A stretch of 64,000 nt of DNA from an uncultured Verrucomicrobiae bacterium (GCA_963837955.1 CAWIPH010000002.1:4704001-4768000), one strand, 5' to 3'; counted from the first letter of the stretch, positions 51,032 to 61,829 are shown. Notes: generated from the sequence alone by a model not told the origin. Numbers and translations are program-made.

Positions 51032-52600
51032 TCAGCGGTTCAAAAATCGCAGTATCGTCTCTGCCAGTTTATCACTGATTCCCGCTATACTCGATATTTC
51101 TTCGACCGAAGCGCGACGAAGACGTTCGACAGAACCAAATTTCTTCAGGAGCGCCTGTTTCCGATTTTCACTGATTCCCGGACAATCATCCAAAACACTT
51201 TCGGCAATCCGCTTCTTTAATAACAATTGGTGATAGCTATTCGCAAAGCGGTGGGCCTCATCGCGAATTCGTTGGAGCAACCGCAATGCACCCGAATCTT
51301 CGGGCAACGAAAGCGGGAGCGGACGACCCGGACGATAGATTTCCTCAAATTCTTTGGCCAGGCCAATGATCGGGACGCTGGCCAATCCCAGCCGTTGCAG
51401 CTCCCGGCACGCTGAACTGAGTTGGCCCTTTCCTCCGTCGACGATGATCAAATCAGGCAATCGTACGAGTCGCTCTGGACGAATCTGTCCGACCCTTTTC
51501 ATCGCCTCCTCGGTCGACTCTTGATTGAACTCGGCCAATTCGGGTGCGATCTCTCTACCCTCCAGCAAGATCCTGGAATAACGCCGCCGCACCACTTCAG
51601 CCATACTGGCAAAATCATCTTGGCCGGACACGGTACGGATGCGGTATCTACGGTAATTCGCTTTGTCCGGTACGCCGTTGCGGAAACTGACCATGGAGGC
51701 AACGATGTGCGTCGTTGAAATATTGGAAATATCAAAACATTCCATCACCGCTGGCGGACCGGGTAAGAGCAGCGCCTCGGCCAGCGTCTGGAGGTCCGTG
51801 GCGGGATCAATCGTCGAAGGCAGTGATCCTCGAGTGAATCGACGAGCCGGCCGCGTCGTCCTCCGCAAATCGTCGAGCATATTTCGGATATCAGCCGCTC
51901 GCTCAAACTCGAGCTTTTCTGCCGCTTTCTTCATCTCGGCCTCGAGTTGTTTCAGTAACTCGTGATTTTGCCCTTCCAGGAACTCACAGGCCTGCGCCAC
52001 GCGCGCCCGATATTCCTCTAACGAAACTTTTCGAATACATGGCGCCGAGCAGTTCTTGATGATGTGATCGAGGCAGCGTCGATAGTCACTTTCGCCGGGC
52101 TCGAAAACTCGACAGGAGCGAATTCCGAACCGTTTACGCATCCAGCCAAGTGTTGAACGCAGAGCTCCGGCGTGGGCGAATGGGCCAAAATAGCGACAGC
52201 CATCTTCCTTCTTCAATCGAGTCAGTTGGAATCGGGGAATCGGATCGTTAAGATTTACCTTTACCAGGAGAAATCGCTTATCGTCCCGGAAACTGATGTT
52301 GTATTTGGGCCGAAATTCTTTGATCAACTTGCCTTCCAGCAAGAGAGCTTCCGGCTCGCTGCGTACCTCGTGGATGTCAAAATCCCAGACACTATCGAGC
52401 AAGGCCCGCGTTTTCAGATCTGCAGTCATTTTCCGTGACGGCATGAAATATTGAGCGAGGCGTTTCCGCAGATCTCTGGCCTTGCCGACATAGATCACCC
52501 GCTTCAATCGATCCTTCATAAGATATACGCCTGGCTTATGAGGCACATCTCGGAGCTTGAGGTTCATGTCCGGCTTTTCGTGCAGAATCACCGATTCCAT
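51032..52600 (-). CDS. uvrC: Excinuclease ABC subunit C
   Basis: PGVYLM..IYVGKA (GIY-YIG), FERAA, ECFDIS, VDGGKGQL, RDEAHRFA, HhH. Confidence 0.95.
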   Translation of the reverse strand: MESVILHEKPDMNLKLRDVPHKPGVYLMKDRLKRVIYVGKARDLRKRLAQYFMPSRKMTADLKTRALLDSVWDFDIHEVRSEPEALLLEGKLIKEFRPKYNISFRDDKRFLLVKVNLNDPIPRFQLTRLKKEDGCRYFGPFAHAGALRSTLGWMRKRFGIRSCRVFEPGESDYRRCLDHIIKNCSAPCIRKVSLEEYRARVAQACEFLEGQNHELLKQLEAEMKKAAEKLEFERAADIRNMLDDLRRTTRPARRFTRGSLPSTIDPATDLQTLAEALLLPGPPAVMECFDISNISTTHIVASMVSFRNGVPDKANYRRYRIRTVSGQDDFASMAEVVRRRYSRILLEGREIAPELAEFNQESTEEAMKRVGQIRPERLVRLPDLIIVDGGKGQLSSACRELQRLGLASVPIIGLAKEFEEIYRPGRPLPLSLPEDSGALRLLQRIRDEAHRFANSYHQLLLKKRIAESVLDDCPGISENRKQALLKKFGSVERLRRASVEEISSIAGISDKLAETILRFLNR

Positions 52601-52736
52601 TGTTTCTGAAAATAGCCCGGCCAAACCCTAAAGTCTAAGTCAACGCAGGTGCCTCAGTATGGCTCCCTGGCGAACTATCTGAAACCGATCCGGTTTGCAC
52701 TTCGTCTGTTCGTGCGTTTAAATATTCGCCATCGCA

Positions 52737-53486
52737 ATGAACTGGCTTCTTTTTCTGTCTCCACCATTTCTTGCTCAGGAAGCACAAGCAAGCCCCAGCC
52801 CTGGCGTCACACAGGAAACAGTATTGAAGCTACTGCAAGCCGGCGGCTGGGTAATGATTCCGCTGGTCCTAGCCTCGGTACTCACCCTTGCGCTGATTCT
52901 TGCCTGTATGGTCAGTCTACGACGGGGCAGTGTCGTTACCACCAGGTTTATGGAGACCGCAGAAGCGTTACTGAGAAAACGGGATTATCTTGGTTTGATT
53001 GCCGTGTCGAATCGGCACTCTACCGCAATCGCCAGGATCACTTCGCGCACGCTCGACTTTGCCACCAAACATCCTTCTGCATCTTCGACCGCAATTCGCG
53101 ATGTCGCTGAGACCGAAGGCGGGCGGGTCGCCGGTAGCCTCCAGCAACGCATCGTTTATTTGGCAGATATCGCCACGCTCTCTCCCATGTTGGGTCTTCT
53201 TGGGACGGTGGTCGGCATTATCAACTCGTTTGGCGTTTTGGCCGGCAATACTAGTCAACCACGGCAAACGCTTCTGGCTGGAGGTGTCGCCCAGGCCCTT
53301 GTGACCACCGCCGCCGGCTTGATTATCGGCATAATCGCTATGGCATTCTATTCTCTATTCAGAGGGAAAGTGTCTTCGATGATATCGGATCTAGAAGGTG
53401 CCACGACTCACATCCTCAACATCATCAGTTCTCAGCGCGCTCGCCGAAACGAGCCTTCGGGCGTTTTGGAAAACGATGATATTTGA
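52737..53486 (+). CDS. MotA/TolQ/ExbB proton-channel protein
   Basis: GGWVMIPL, SPMLGLLGTVVGII, ALVTTAAGL. Confidence 0.93.
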   Translation: MNWLLFLSPPFLAQEAQASPSPGVTQETVLKLLQAGGWVMIPLVLASVLTLALILACMVSLRRGSVVTTRFMETAEALLRKRDYLGLIAVSNRHSTAIARITSRTLDFATKHPSASSTAIRDVAETEGGRVAGSLQQRIVYLADIATLSPMLGLLGTVVGIINSFGVLAGNTSQPRQTLLAGGVAQALVTTAAGLIIGIIAMAFYSLFRGKVSSMISDLEGATTHILNIISSQRARRNEPSGVLENDDI

Positions 53487-53908
53487 GTCCGATGAATTTT
53501 CGTCGCCAGGCTGAACCACAAGTTTTCGGTTTCATGATCGCCCCGATGGTCGACATCCTGCTGGTCGTCCTCGTGTTTTTCATCGTTACTTGGAATTTCG
53601 CGCTCACGGAAAACGAACTAGACGTCCGCGTACCAAGCGCAACAAAGGCTAACGAGCCGCAGCCGTATGTCGGGCAGGTCGTTATCAATGTGAAATCGGA
53701 CGGCTCCATCGTGGTGAACCGGCAGCCGAAGACGGGCTCAGAGCTGTTGGATCAACTGAAGAAACTTTCTCAGCTGTATCCGGATCAGGCCGTTATCGTT
53801 CGAGGAGACGAAGCGGTAGACTACAAACACATAGTCGAAGTGCTCGACATTTGCAGGCAAGCCGACATTTGGAACGTCGCTTTTGCGACCGGAAAAACCG
53901 AGCAATGA
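53483..53908 (+). CDS. ExbD/TolR family protein
   Basis: APMVDILLVVLVFFIVT with the conserved Asp; VIVRGD. Confidence 0.93.
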   Translation: MSPMNFRRQAEPQVFGFMIAPMVDILLVVLVFFIVTWNFALTENELDVRVPSATKANEPQPYVGQVVINVKSDGSIVVNRQPKTGSELLDQLKKLSQLYPDQAVIVRGDEAVDYKHIVEVLDICRQADIWNVAFATGKTEQ

Positions 53909-56475
53909 AGATTCGATGGATAGCCCCATGCATCGTTCTTTTAGCCGCCTCAGCGACTTCGCTCGCCCAGGAAGTTCGACGCGCAATACCGGCTACTCCG
54001 ACTCCGAGCCCAGCCGCTGTCCCCCGCGCGCTGCCAGTCAATCCTGCTACTCCCCAACCAACACTGAATCCGCAGTCGATTTTGAATCAAAGAATTCCGA
54101 CATCATCGGCGGAAAACAAGCGGGATTCTACCTCATCGGGAAGCGCGGCCGAGCCGGATGACGAAACCAAGAATCGGGTTGCCAACGATGAAATTCGTCT
54201 CGCTCCCAACGGTCCGGCGGAGGGACAGAATTCGGCGGACCCGGCCAAGGCGCAACTCGCCATCGCCGATGGTCTCTACGTCCGCAAACTCTACGATCTT
54301 GCGGCACCTGAGTACGAAAAATATTTGGGCCAATACCCGGGCGACTCTTCCCGGCCGTCTGCTATGTACCGGCTAGCGGATTGCTATTCGAAACTTGGTC
54401 AGGATGCTCCAGCGTTGAGCACTTATCGGCTACTGATCACCGAGATCGGCAATGGAGAATTTGTTGGCAGCGCAGCATTTCGCCTGGCCTCTCGTGCTTT
54501 CGACCAGAAAGACTTTCAAGACGCTGCGCCACTCTACGCAAAGGCGTATGAGAATGCGAAGTCCTCCGAGGTAAAGATTACGGCTCGGTACTACCAAGGA
54601 AAATGCCTGGAGCTGACAAACAAGAAAACCGAGGCTAAATCGGCGTACGACGAGGTGGCACGGACGAGAGAAAATAATCCTTACCGGGACGCCGCGCGTC
54701 TCTCGGTCGCCTACTTTGCGCTGGAGAGCAACCAAAAGGAACAAGCTCTCGATCTGTTTGAAAACCTCGCGAGCGATGCAACTAAGCCGGTCGTAAAAGC
54801 GGAAGCGATGACCCGAGCGGGGATTCTCGCCGAAGATCTAAAGAAGCGGGATCGCGCGGAGCAGCTGTTCAAATCGACGATTGCACTCAATGCGGAAGGC
54901 AAATGGAAACAGATCGCTCAACTCGAGCTAATGAAGCTTGAATATGATGGCGACAAATTTTCTCAGATCCTTGATTCATATGCAAAAAATCTCAACGCGT
55001 TGGGAGACGAGACCAAGCCGGGGGTTTTGCTGATTGTCGCTAATTCTTATCGCCAGATCGGCAAACACCAGAAGGCGCTCGAAATTTATAATCAGCTTAT
55101 TCGCCAATATTCTGCCACTGCAGAAGCGACGGATGCGAGGTACCAACGGTTGCTCGCTCTCGACCAACTACGCGACCCGAGCTTGGCCAAGGAGGTCGAC
55201 ACTTTTCTCGCGACGGGCCCGACTCGGGATCGCGCGGACAAGGCGAAATTGCTCAAGGCGCAGGCGCTCGTCCAACAGAACGAATTCGGCTTGGGCGCGA
55301 AGCTTTATTTGGAGCTCATTAACTCGTCATTGCCAGACGGCTACAAAGCAGATTGTTACTACGCGGCCGGCTACGCTTTCAGCCAGGTACAGGACAGGGA
55401 GCGCGCCATCCAGGCTTTCTCCGGATTAATCGAACATTTTCCAACTTATAAGAACGTCTCAAAAGCGTTGCTCAAGCGGGCGCTACTTTACCAGGAAGCG
55501 AAAAACTACCACGCCGCGCTGCAAGACTTTTCAACGATCATCGAAAGTTACGGCAACTCGGACGAACGAGAAACCGCGTTGCTGCAGAAGGGTCTTACGC
55601 TAGGACAGCAGGGCGAATACGCGGAAATGAATGATGCTTTCCAGCAGCTGCTGAAAGAATTCCCCAATGGCGCCGGTGCCGCTCAGGCAGACTACTGGAT
55701 CGGATGGACGGCTTTCGACCAAAAACGGTATGCCGATGCAATTGCTCCGTTGATCGACGCCCGAAAGCACAATCCCAGCGAGTACGACGAAAAAGTCAGT
55801 TTGCGGCTAATCTATTGTTATCAGACGCTGAACCAGCCTGCCAACGCCGCCCAAGAGGTTGATGCTTTAGTAAAGAATGATCCTAAAAGGATCTCTCTCG
55901 TGATCGATGCCTGTCGTTGGCTAGGCGGCGTATTCTACGATGCCAAGCAGTACGCAGATGCGGCCAAATATCTTGTCCTGATCACAAAAAATCTGGATAA
56001 AACCGCCTTTGACAAGGTGGCTTGGCTGACGCTAGCCAATGCCCAGAACCAACTACAAGCTTTCCCCCAAGCAATTACCTCCGCGAACAGTTATTTGGAG
56101 CAAGCGACTGACCCGACCGACCGGGCCCACGGCTTTATCGCCTTATCGTCGGCCGAACTTGGAGCAAAACAATTCGACGACGCAACCAGGGCGGCAGAAC
56201 AGGCATTAAATCTGCAACCGGAAGGTCGTCTGAATGCGGAAGCGCGCATGTGCGTGGGTGAGATTGAATTTGCTCGGGGCAATTACGAAAATGCGGCCAA
56301 ATCGTACCTGAGCGTTGCGGTTTTATACGAAGACCCAGAGGTAACGCCGAAAGCGTTGGAGAGGGCTTACCAGGCTTTTCAGCAGGCCGGAAACCAAGAC
56401 CAAGCGAGCAAGACTTTGTCCGAGCTGAAGACGCGGTTTCCAAATTATTTGACAAAACCTCCGACCGCAGGTTGA
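53905..56475 (+). CDS. Large secreted TPR protein (CpoB/BamD-like repeats)
   Basis: Signal peptide; repeated 'QYPG/HFPT/EFPN/RFPN' TPR pairs; ATGA overlap with the exbD stop. Confidence 0.88.
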   Translation: MKIRWIAPCIVLLAASATSLAQEVRRAIPATPTPSPAAVPRALPVNPATPQPTLNPQSILNQRIPTSSAENKRDSTSSGSAAEPDDETKNRVANDEIRLAPNGPAEGQNSADPAKAQLAIADGLYVRKLYDLAAPEYEKYLGQYPGDSSRPSAMYRLADCYSKLGQDAPALSTYRLLITEIGNGEFVGSAAFRLASRAFDQKDFQDAAPLYAKAYENAKSSEVKITARYYQGKCLELTNKKTEAKSAYDEVARTRENNPYRDAARLSVAYFALESNQKEQALDLFENLASDATKPVVKAEAMTRAGILAEDLKKRDRAEQLFKSTIALNAEGKWKQIAQLELMKLEYDGDKFSQILDSYAKNLNALGDETKPGVLLIVANSYRQIGKHQKALEIYNQLIRQYSATAEATDARYQRLLALDQLRDPSLAKEVDTFLATGPTRDRADKAKLLKAQALVQQNEFGLGAKLYLELINSSLPDGYKADCYYAAGYAFSQVQDRERAIQAFSGLIEHFPTYKNVSKALLKRALLYQEAKNYHAALQDFSTIIESYGNSDERETALLQKGLTLGQQGEYAEMNDAFQQLLKEFPNGAGAAQADYWIGWTAFDQKRYADAIAPLIDARKHNPSEYDEKVSLRLIYCYQTLNQPANAAQEVDALVKNDPKRISLVIDACRWLGGVFYDAKQYADAAKYLVLITKNLDKTAFDKVAWLTLANAQNQLQAFPQAITSANSYLEQATDPTDRAHGFIALSSAELGAKQFDDATRAAEQALNLQPEGRLNAEARMCVGEIEFARGNYENAAKSYLSVAVLYEDPEVTPKALERAYQAFQQAGNQDQASKTLSELKTRFPNYLTKPPTAG

Positions 56476-56684
56476 GGCGCGACAAACCCTCAATCAGAGC
56501 CCCATATGGGTGAGACGCCGGTCCGACACCTGCCCATGCGCGTCAACCTAAAGCGATATTTGGTTCTCTGGCCGAAGGGATGCTAGAACTCAGCAGCAGT
56601 CTTGTGCAGAGGCTTAACCAGCCTATCTTACTTTGTCGCTAGGAAACACCGAGTGATGCGCCGGAAACTCGATACTCGTACACT

Positions 56685-57800
56685 ATGACTTTTGCCACGC
56701 TGCTGAAGAACCCTTCCCGTCCTCAAAGCCGGGTTCTGACTGAGTTCTCACAACGATTGGAACCAATCGATGATGCTGGTCTATCCGACATGGCTCGGCA
56801 ATCACAGACTATCAGCAGACGATTTTTCGGCCGCACGATGCGACTCTTCGCTCCACTCTATTTCTCGAACGAATGCATCAACAACTGCGTGTACTGCGGA
56901 TTTTCGCGGGATAATCGAGTCCTTCGCACCACCCTCACACTCGACCAAGTCGAGGTAGAGGCCCGCTATTTGGCCGATCGCGGATTTCGCAGTCTGCTAC
57001 TTGTTTCTGGCGAACATCCGAAGTTTATCCCTAATCTTTACCTCCAACATGTCGTTCAACGAGTGAGCCAAGTCGTGCCGTCAATTGCCCTCGAGATCGC
57101 GCCACTCAAGGTGGAAGACTACCGCCCGCTCGTTCAAGCCGGCGCCGAAGCGCTCGTGGTCTACCAAGAAACATACGATCGGGATATGTATGCGACGCTG
57201 CACACCGCCGGACCGAAACGCGATTTTGACTGGCGCGTCGAATGCCCGGAACGCGCGTACGAGGCTGGTTTTCGGCGTATTGGTATTGGCGCGCTATTCG
57301 GATTATCGGATTGGAGACTGGAGGCTCTCAGGTTAGCGGAGCACGCCGAGTATTTGCTGCGGCGCTGCTGGCGAGCTCAGGTCACCATTGCCCTTCCACG
57401 ATTGCGACCTGCAGCCGGAGGTTTCGCGCCGAAAGTGAAGTTATCCGATCGCGATCTTATTCAGCTGCTCTGCGCATTCCGAATTAGTTTTCCCCAGATC
57501 GGCATCGTTTTGAGCACCCGAGAACCAGCCGCCCTCCGCGATCTACTCATGAATCTTGGAGTTACCACCATGAGCGCTGGGAGCTGCACTGCACCAGGTG
57601 GCTACACCGGCCAAGGTCGTACCTCCCTCCACTACACGGTGCGCGGAAAGTTTAGCGAAGCCGAAGGTTGCTCCAACGGAGCAGAACCGCAATTCGCCAT
57701 CGACGACCAGCGCACCCCAAATCAAGTCGCGGAAGCGATCTCGCGCCTTGGCCTTGAACCCGTTTGGAAAGATTGGGATACCGCGATCGTCAAAGGATGA
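56685..57800 (+). CDS. thiH: 2-iminoacetate synthase (radical SAM)
   Basis: FAPLYFSNECINNCVYCGFS, YQETY, PRLRP, LSTRE, MSAGS, QFAIDDQR, WKDWD. Confidence 0.93.
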   Translation: MTFATLLKNPSRPQSRVLTEFSQRLEPIDDAGLSDMARQSQTISRRFFGRTMRLFAPLYFSNECINNCVYCGFSRDNRVLRTTLTLDQVEVEARYLADRGFRSLLLVSGEHPKFIPNLYLQHVVQRVSQVVPSIALEIAPLKVEDYRPLVQAGAEALVVYQETYDRDMYATLHTAGPKRDFDWRVECPERAYEAGFRRIGIGALFGLSDWRLEALRLAEHAEYLLRRCWRAQVTIALPRLRPAAGGFAPKVKLSDRDLIQLLCAFRISFPQIGIVLSTREPAALRDLLMNLGVTTMSAGSCTAPGGYTGQGRTSLHYTVRGKFSEAEGCSNGAEPQFAIDDQRTPNQVAEAISRLGLEPVWKDWDTAIVKG

Positions 57801-57997
57801 AGGTTGTCATCAACGGTAACTTGCGGGAGGTCGGCTCGGTGCGGACCATTGCCGATTTGCTCGACACATTACGTATCTCGGCAAGTGCGGTACTCATTGA
57901 ACAAAATGGGGATGTAATCGCGCGAAACGATTTTCAAGAAGCAGCGGTGAATGATGGAGATGCGATTGAAATCGTCCAAATGGTGGCAGGAGGCTAG
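57797..57997 (+). CDS. thiS: Sulfur carrier protein ThiS
   Basis: MKVVING...GDAIEIVQMVAGG with C-terminal GG; ATGA overlap with thiH. Confidence 0.92.
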   Translation: MKVVINGNLREVGSVRTIADLLDTLRISASAVLIEQNGDVIARNDFQEAAVNDGDAIEIVQMVAGG

Positions 57998-58089
57998 CTG
58001 CGCTCGGGCCGAAGAATTAATCGGTTGGACGCTGACGCTGCCAGCGATCTATTCTTCTTCGGTCTCCGGAGTAATTGACAAGATTTTCT

Positions 58090-59898
58090 ATGCCGCGCAT
58101 CTCGCCAGAGACGATTGAGCAGGTTACAGCTGCGTTAAATATCGTTGATGTCATCGGCAGTTATTTTCCCCTTCGACGCGCTGGTACTGAATTTCGCGCT
58201 CTCTGCCCATTCCATCAGGAAAAGACTCCCTCCTTTTACGTAAACCCGGATAAGCAGACGTTTTACTGTTTTGGCTGTCAACGCGGGGGATCACTCATTC
58301 AATTTGTTGAGGAATACGAACATGTTGACTTTCCTGAGGCGGTCCGGCGATTGGCCGCGCGCGCCGGCATTGCCATCCAGCAGGAAGAGTTCAGCGCAGA
58401 AGAAGAAGAGAAACAGAGTCTGCGCAAACGCTTGCTCAGGCTACATTTCGAAGCCGCCGACTGGCTTCATCGCAATCTTTTGAGAACACGAGCCGCCGAG
58501 GCTGCGCGCGCCTATCTAAGCCAACGCGGCCTAAACATCGATATCGCTAAACGCTGGCAAATTGGCTATGCACCTGATTCGTGGACAGCACTCGCCGACT
58601 GGGGACAGACCAGCGGCTTTTCCAGAGAAGAGCTTATCAGTAGCGGATTGGTAAAACTCAAAGATGAAAAGAGTCCGCGGTCGAGAATATATGATCGCTT
58701 TCGTCATCGGTTGATGTTTCCAATCTCAAACGACCTCGGCGAGATCATCGCCTTCAGTGGTCGTCAGATTGATCCAAACGCCACCGGTGGCAAGTACGTC
58801 AATTCCCCGGAGTCGCCCCTCTTTTCGAAAGGGAACGTCCTATTTGGATTGAGCAAATCGAAACGGTCTATCGCCCGGACCCGCCAGGCAATCGTGCTCG
58901 AGGGCCAAATCGACCTGATTACGACCTTCGAGGCGGGGATCGAAAACGTGGTGGCTCCGCAAGGAACAGCGCTTACCGAACGCCACGCTACCCTGCTTAA
59001 GCGTTTCGCCGAAGAAATCGTTCTTTTCTTCGATGCGGACGCGGCCGGCGAGCGGGCAGCAGAGCGGGCGCTGGAGATCCTTTTTGGAGTCGGCCTACAA
59101 GTCAGAATCGGTGTGCTACCCGGCGGCGAGGATCCCGATTCGCTCATACGCAAAGGGGGGGTGGAGAATTTTCGAACTCTCATCGCGGAGGCCAAAGATT
59201 TTTTTGATTTCGAAATTGAGCGCGGTCTGGGAGCCTCGGCGGACCAATCCGTAGCGCTCCGCGTAGCTCTTGCCCGGCGCGTCACGCAATTTGCAGGATT
59301 GGTCCCGGATCCGGTCGTTCGGGATACGATGATGAACCGACTTGCTTCCCGTTTGGGGTTACCACGCGAATCGCTGGAACAGGTGGCTGCGCAACAGCGC
59401 CGAAATCAGTCTGCCCGCGATCTCTCCCCTGATCTGGCAGCGAACAGAATGGCCCCGCCTCGGCACGAAATCGCTGTGCTTTGCAATTTGGTCCTGACCG
59501 ATCAGAAGCTGGTTGAATGGGTTCGTGACCAGCCTTGGCGAGCTGTGCTGGAGCCAATCAGCGGAACTGAATTGCTCCAAAAAATCCTCGGATCGGCAGC
59601 GCAGCCGGAAATTCCCAGCTCTATTGCCACTTTTCTTGCCGGTTTGGAGAAAGCCGAGGCGGCTGCCCTATCCCAGATCTTGACCCTCAAGCCAATCGAT
59701 GAATCGGTGCGCTCGATATTTTGGAAAGAGTTCGCGCTTCGCGAATTGCGATCACGTAGACAGCGCCTGGAAAGCGTCCTCAGACTAAGCGAAGCTTCGG
59801 GCAACGAGGATCCTAAGAGGTTGGCCGAAATCAAAGAAGTCCTTGACCTCGAAAGTCACATCACTCATATTTCGCGACTTTCGAGCCGGGCGTCTTGA
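58090..59898 (+). CDS. dnaG: DNA primase
   Basis: CPFHQEKTPSF..CFGC zinc finger, KYVNSPES, EGQID, FDADAAG, DPD. Confidence 0.97.
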   Translation: MPRISPETIEQVTAALNIVDVIGSYFPLRRAGTEFRALCPFHQEKTPSFYVNPDKQTFYCFGCQRGGSLIQFVEEYEHVDFPEAVRRLAARAGIAIQQEEFSAEEEEKQSLRKRLLRLHFEAADWLHRNLLRTRAAEAARAYLSQRGLNIDIAKRWQIGYAPDSWTALADWGQTSGFSREELISSGLVKLKDEKSPRSRIYDRFRHRLMFPISNDLGEIIAFSGRQIDPNATGGKYVNSPESPLFSKGNVLFGLSKSKRSIARTRQAIVLEGQIDLITTFEAGIENVVAPQGTALTERHATLLKRFAEEIVLFFDADAAGERAAERALEILFGVGLQVRIGVLPGGEDPDSLIRKGGVENFRTLIAEAKDFFDFEIERGLGASADQSVALRVALARRVTQFAGLVPDPVVRDTMMNRLASRLGLPRESLEQVAAQQRRNQSARDLSPDLAANRMAPPRHEIAVLCNLVLTDQKLVEWVRDQPWRAVLEPISGTELLQKILGSAAQPEIPSSIATFLAGLEKAEAAALSQILTLKPIDESVRSIFWKEFALRELRSRRQRLESVLRLSEASGNEDPKRLAEIKEVLDLESHITHISRLSSRAS

Positions 59899-59969
59899 GT
59901 TGTGTTAACCCATCGTCTCATAGACAGTCACTTACCGACGGATAGGATCAAGTTTGATCGAACGTGGAT

Positions 59970-61829
59970 ATGCCAAAGGTGACTACCTCCAAAGCAAAAA
60001 AGGCGCAGGCCGCAAAATCGAGAACAGCGGCGGACGCTCCGAAACGCAAACGAGCGGCTCTCAGCTCACCCAAGGTTAACAAAACGAATCTCCCTTTGAA
60101 CAAGAACAAGACCGAAAAATCTGGGATTCCATCTCCGCCTGAGCGAGCGATCGCGGAGACCGGAGTAAATGGAGCCCTTCCGCTCAATGGCCGGGTGCCC
60201 CAGTCTGATTCGGGATTCGATTTGCAAGAGCGGCTCCGCGAACTCGTCAAGCTGGCCAAGGAACAAGGCTACCTCACTTACGACGACATCAATGAAGCGC
60301 TTCCCGAAGGGATGGCAGACCCGGACGAGATGGAGCAGATTCTTGGGCGGCTCCGCTCGATGGAAGTGGAGATTATCGATGCGTCTGAGGTCGATCGTTT
60401 CAAAGACGGCAAGAAAGACCTCGACGATGAGGACGACGAAAAAGATCAGAAACTCGACATCCTGGATGATCCGGTTCGGATGTACCTCAAGCAGATGGGT
60501 CAGGTACCCCTATTGACTCGGGAGCAAGAGGTCGAAATCTCCAAGCGCATCGAAGATGCGGAACTGATGGTTCAGAAGTTTATCACGCGATTTGGATTTA
60601 TTGCTCGCGCGCATCTGGATCTTGCGCAGAAGTTGATTGAAGGGCGGGAACGGTTCGATCGCGTCATCCTGGACAAGAAGATCGAGAGCCGCGAGCGCTA
60701 CATGAAGGCGTTACCTAAGCTCTGTGCCCAGGTCGAACGGGCAGGCGAGGATGCCCAATCGCTCTATCGGAATTGGATGTCAGCACGTGGGACTACCAAA
60801 GAGAATACGTCCCGGACCGAATTTCAGCGGTCGCACAGCGCGTTGATGAAGCTTTATCCGCGATTTTACTTCAAACAAAAGGTCACCGAAGAGTTTGTTC
60901 AATTGGCTGACGACCAGCAGCGCCTTTTTTCAAATCTCCACGCCGAAATCGCGCGAGCCGAGCACGCCGGAACGACAGCAAAAGACAGGCTGGCCCAATA
61001 TAGGAACCGGCTTCGGGAGATGGAATGCAACGCTTGGCAGCGTTCCGAAGAATTCCTGGAGCAGTACCGCGAGCTCAAAGGTTGGCTTCGGAAGGCGTTG
61101 AAGGCGAAGACAGAGATGGTCGAAGCCAATCTCCGTTTGGTTATTTCCATCGCCAAGAAATACACGAACCGGGGCCTTTCGTTTCTCGATCTTATTCAAG
61201 AAGGCAACATGGGCCTCATGAAGGCGGTGGAGAAATTCGAATATCGCCGTGGTTACAAGTTTTCCACCTATGCGACTTGGTGGATTCGCCAAGCAATCAC
61301 TCGTTCGATTGCTGACCAGGCGCGAACGATCCGTATCCCGGTCCACATGATTGAGACCATCAATAAACTGATGCGGGTCCAAAAGCAGCTCGTTCAGGAG
61401 TATGGTCGGGAACCGACGCCGGAAGAGGTATCGGAAGAGATTCAACTGCCGGTCGAGCGAGTACGAGCTGTCCTTAAGATGGCGCAACAGCCGATTTCGC
61501 TACAGTCGCCGGTTGGCGACAGCGACGACACTAGTTTCGGTGACTTTATCGAGGACAAAGGAGCCGATAATCCAAGCGATATGACGGCGATCGTTCTGCT
61601 TCGAGAGAAGATACGCGATGTGCTAGATACGCTCACTGAACGGGAGCGGCAAGTTCTCGAGCAGCGCTTTGGACTGGTCGATGGCTACAGCCGTACTCTG
61701 GAAGAAGTGGGTCGTCAATTTAAGGTCACACGCGAGCGCATCCGTCAGATCGAGGCTAAAGCCCTTCGGAAGATGCGCCATCCCACCAGAATTCGGCAGC
61801 TGGAAGGCTTTCTCGAAGCCGGCGAATAA
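59970..61829 (+). CDS. rpoD: Primary RNA polymerase sigma factor
   Basis: Region 1.1 [50 protein letters not shown]. Confidence 0.97.
   Translation: MPKVTTSKAKKAQAAKSRTAADAPKRKRAALSSPKVNKTNLPLNKNKTEKSGIPSPPERAIAETGVNGALPLNGRVPQSDSGFDLQERLRELVKLAKEQGYLTYDDINEALPEGMADPDEMEQILGRLRSMEVEIIDASEVDRFKDGKKDLDDEDDEKDQKLDILDDPVRMYLKQMGQVPLLTREQEVEISKRIEDAELMVQKFITRFGFIARAHLDLAQKLIEGRERFDRVILDKKIESRERYMKALPKLCAQVERAGEDAQSLYRNWMSARGTTKENTSRTEFQRSHSALMKLYPRFYFKQKVTEEFVQLADDQQRLFSNLHAEIARAEHAGTTAKDRLAQYRNRLREMECNAWQRSEEFLEQYRELKGWLRKALKAKTEMVEANLRLVISIAKKYTNRGLSFLDLIQEGNMGLMKAVEKFEYRRGYKFSTYATWWIRQAITRSIADQARTIRIPVHMIETINKLMRVQKQLVQEYGREPTPEEVSEEIQLPVERVRAVLKMAQQPISLQSPVGDSDDTSFGDFIEDKGADNPSDMTAIVLLREKIRDVLDTLTERERQVLEQRFGLVDGYSRTLEEVGRQFKVTRERIRQIEAKALRKMRHPTRIRQLEGFLEAGE

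Noticed and set aside
56476..56684. TPP riboswitch upstream of thiH
   Set aside because: Conserved TPP aptamer core segments were not found; kept only as an unclassified structure.
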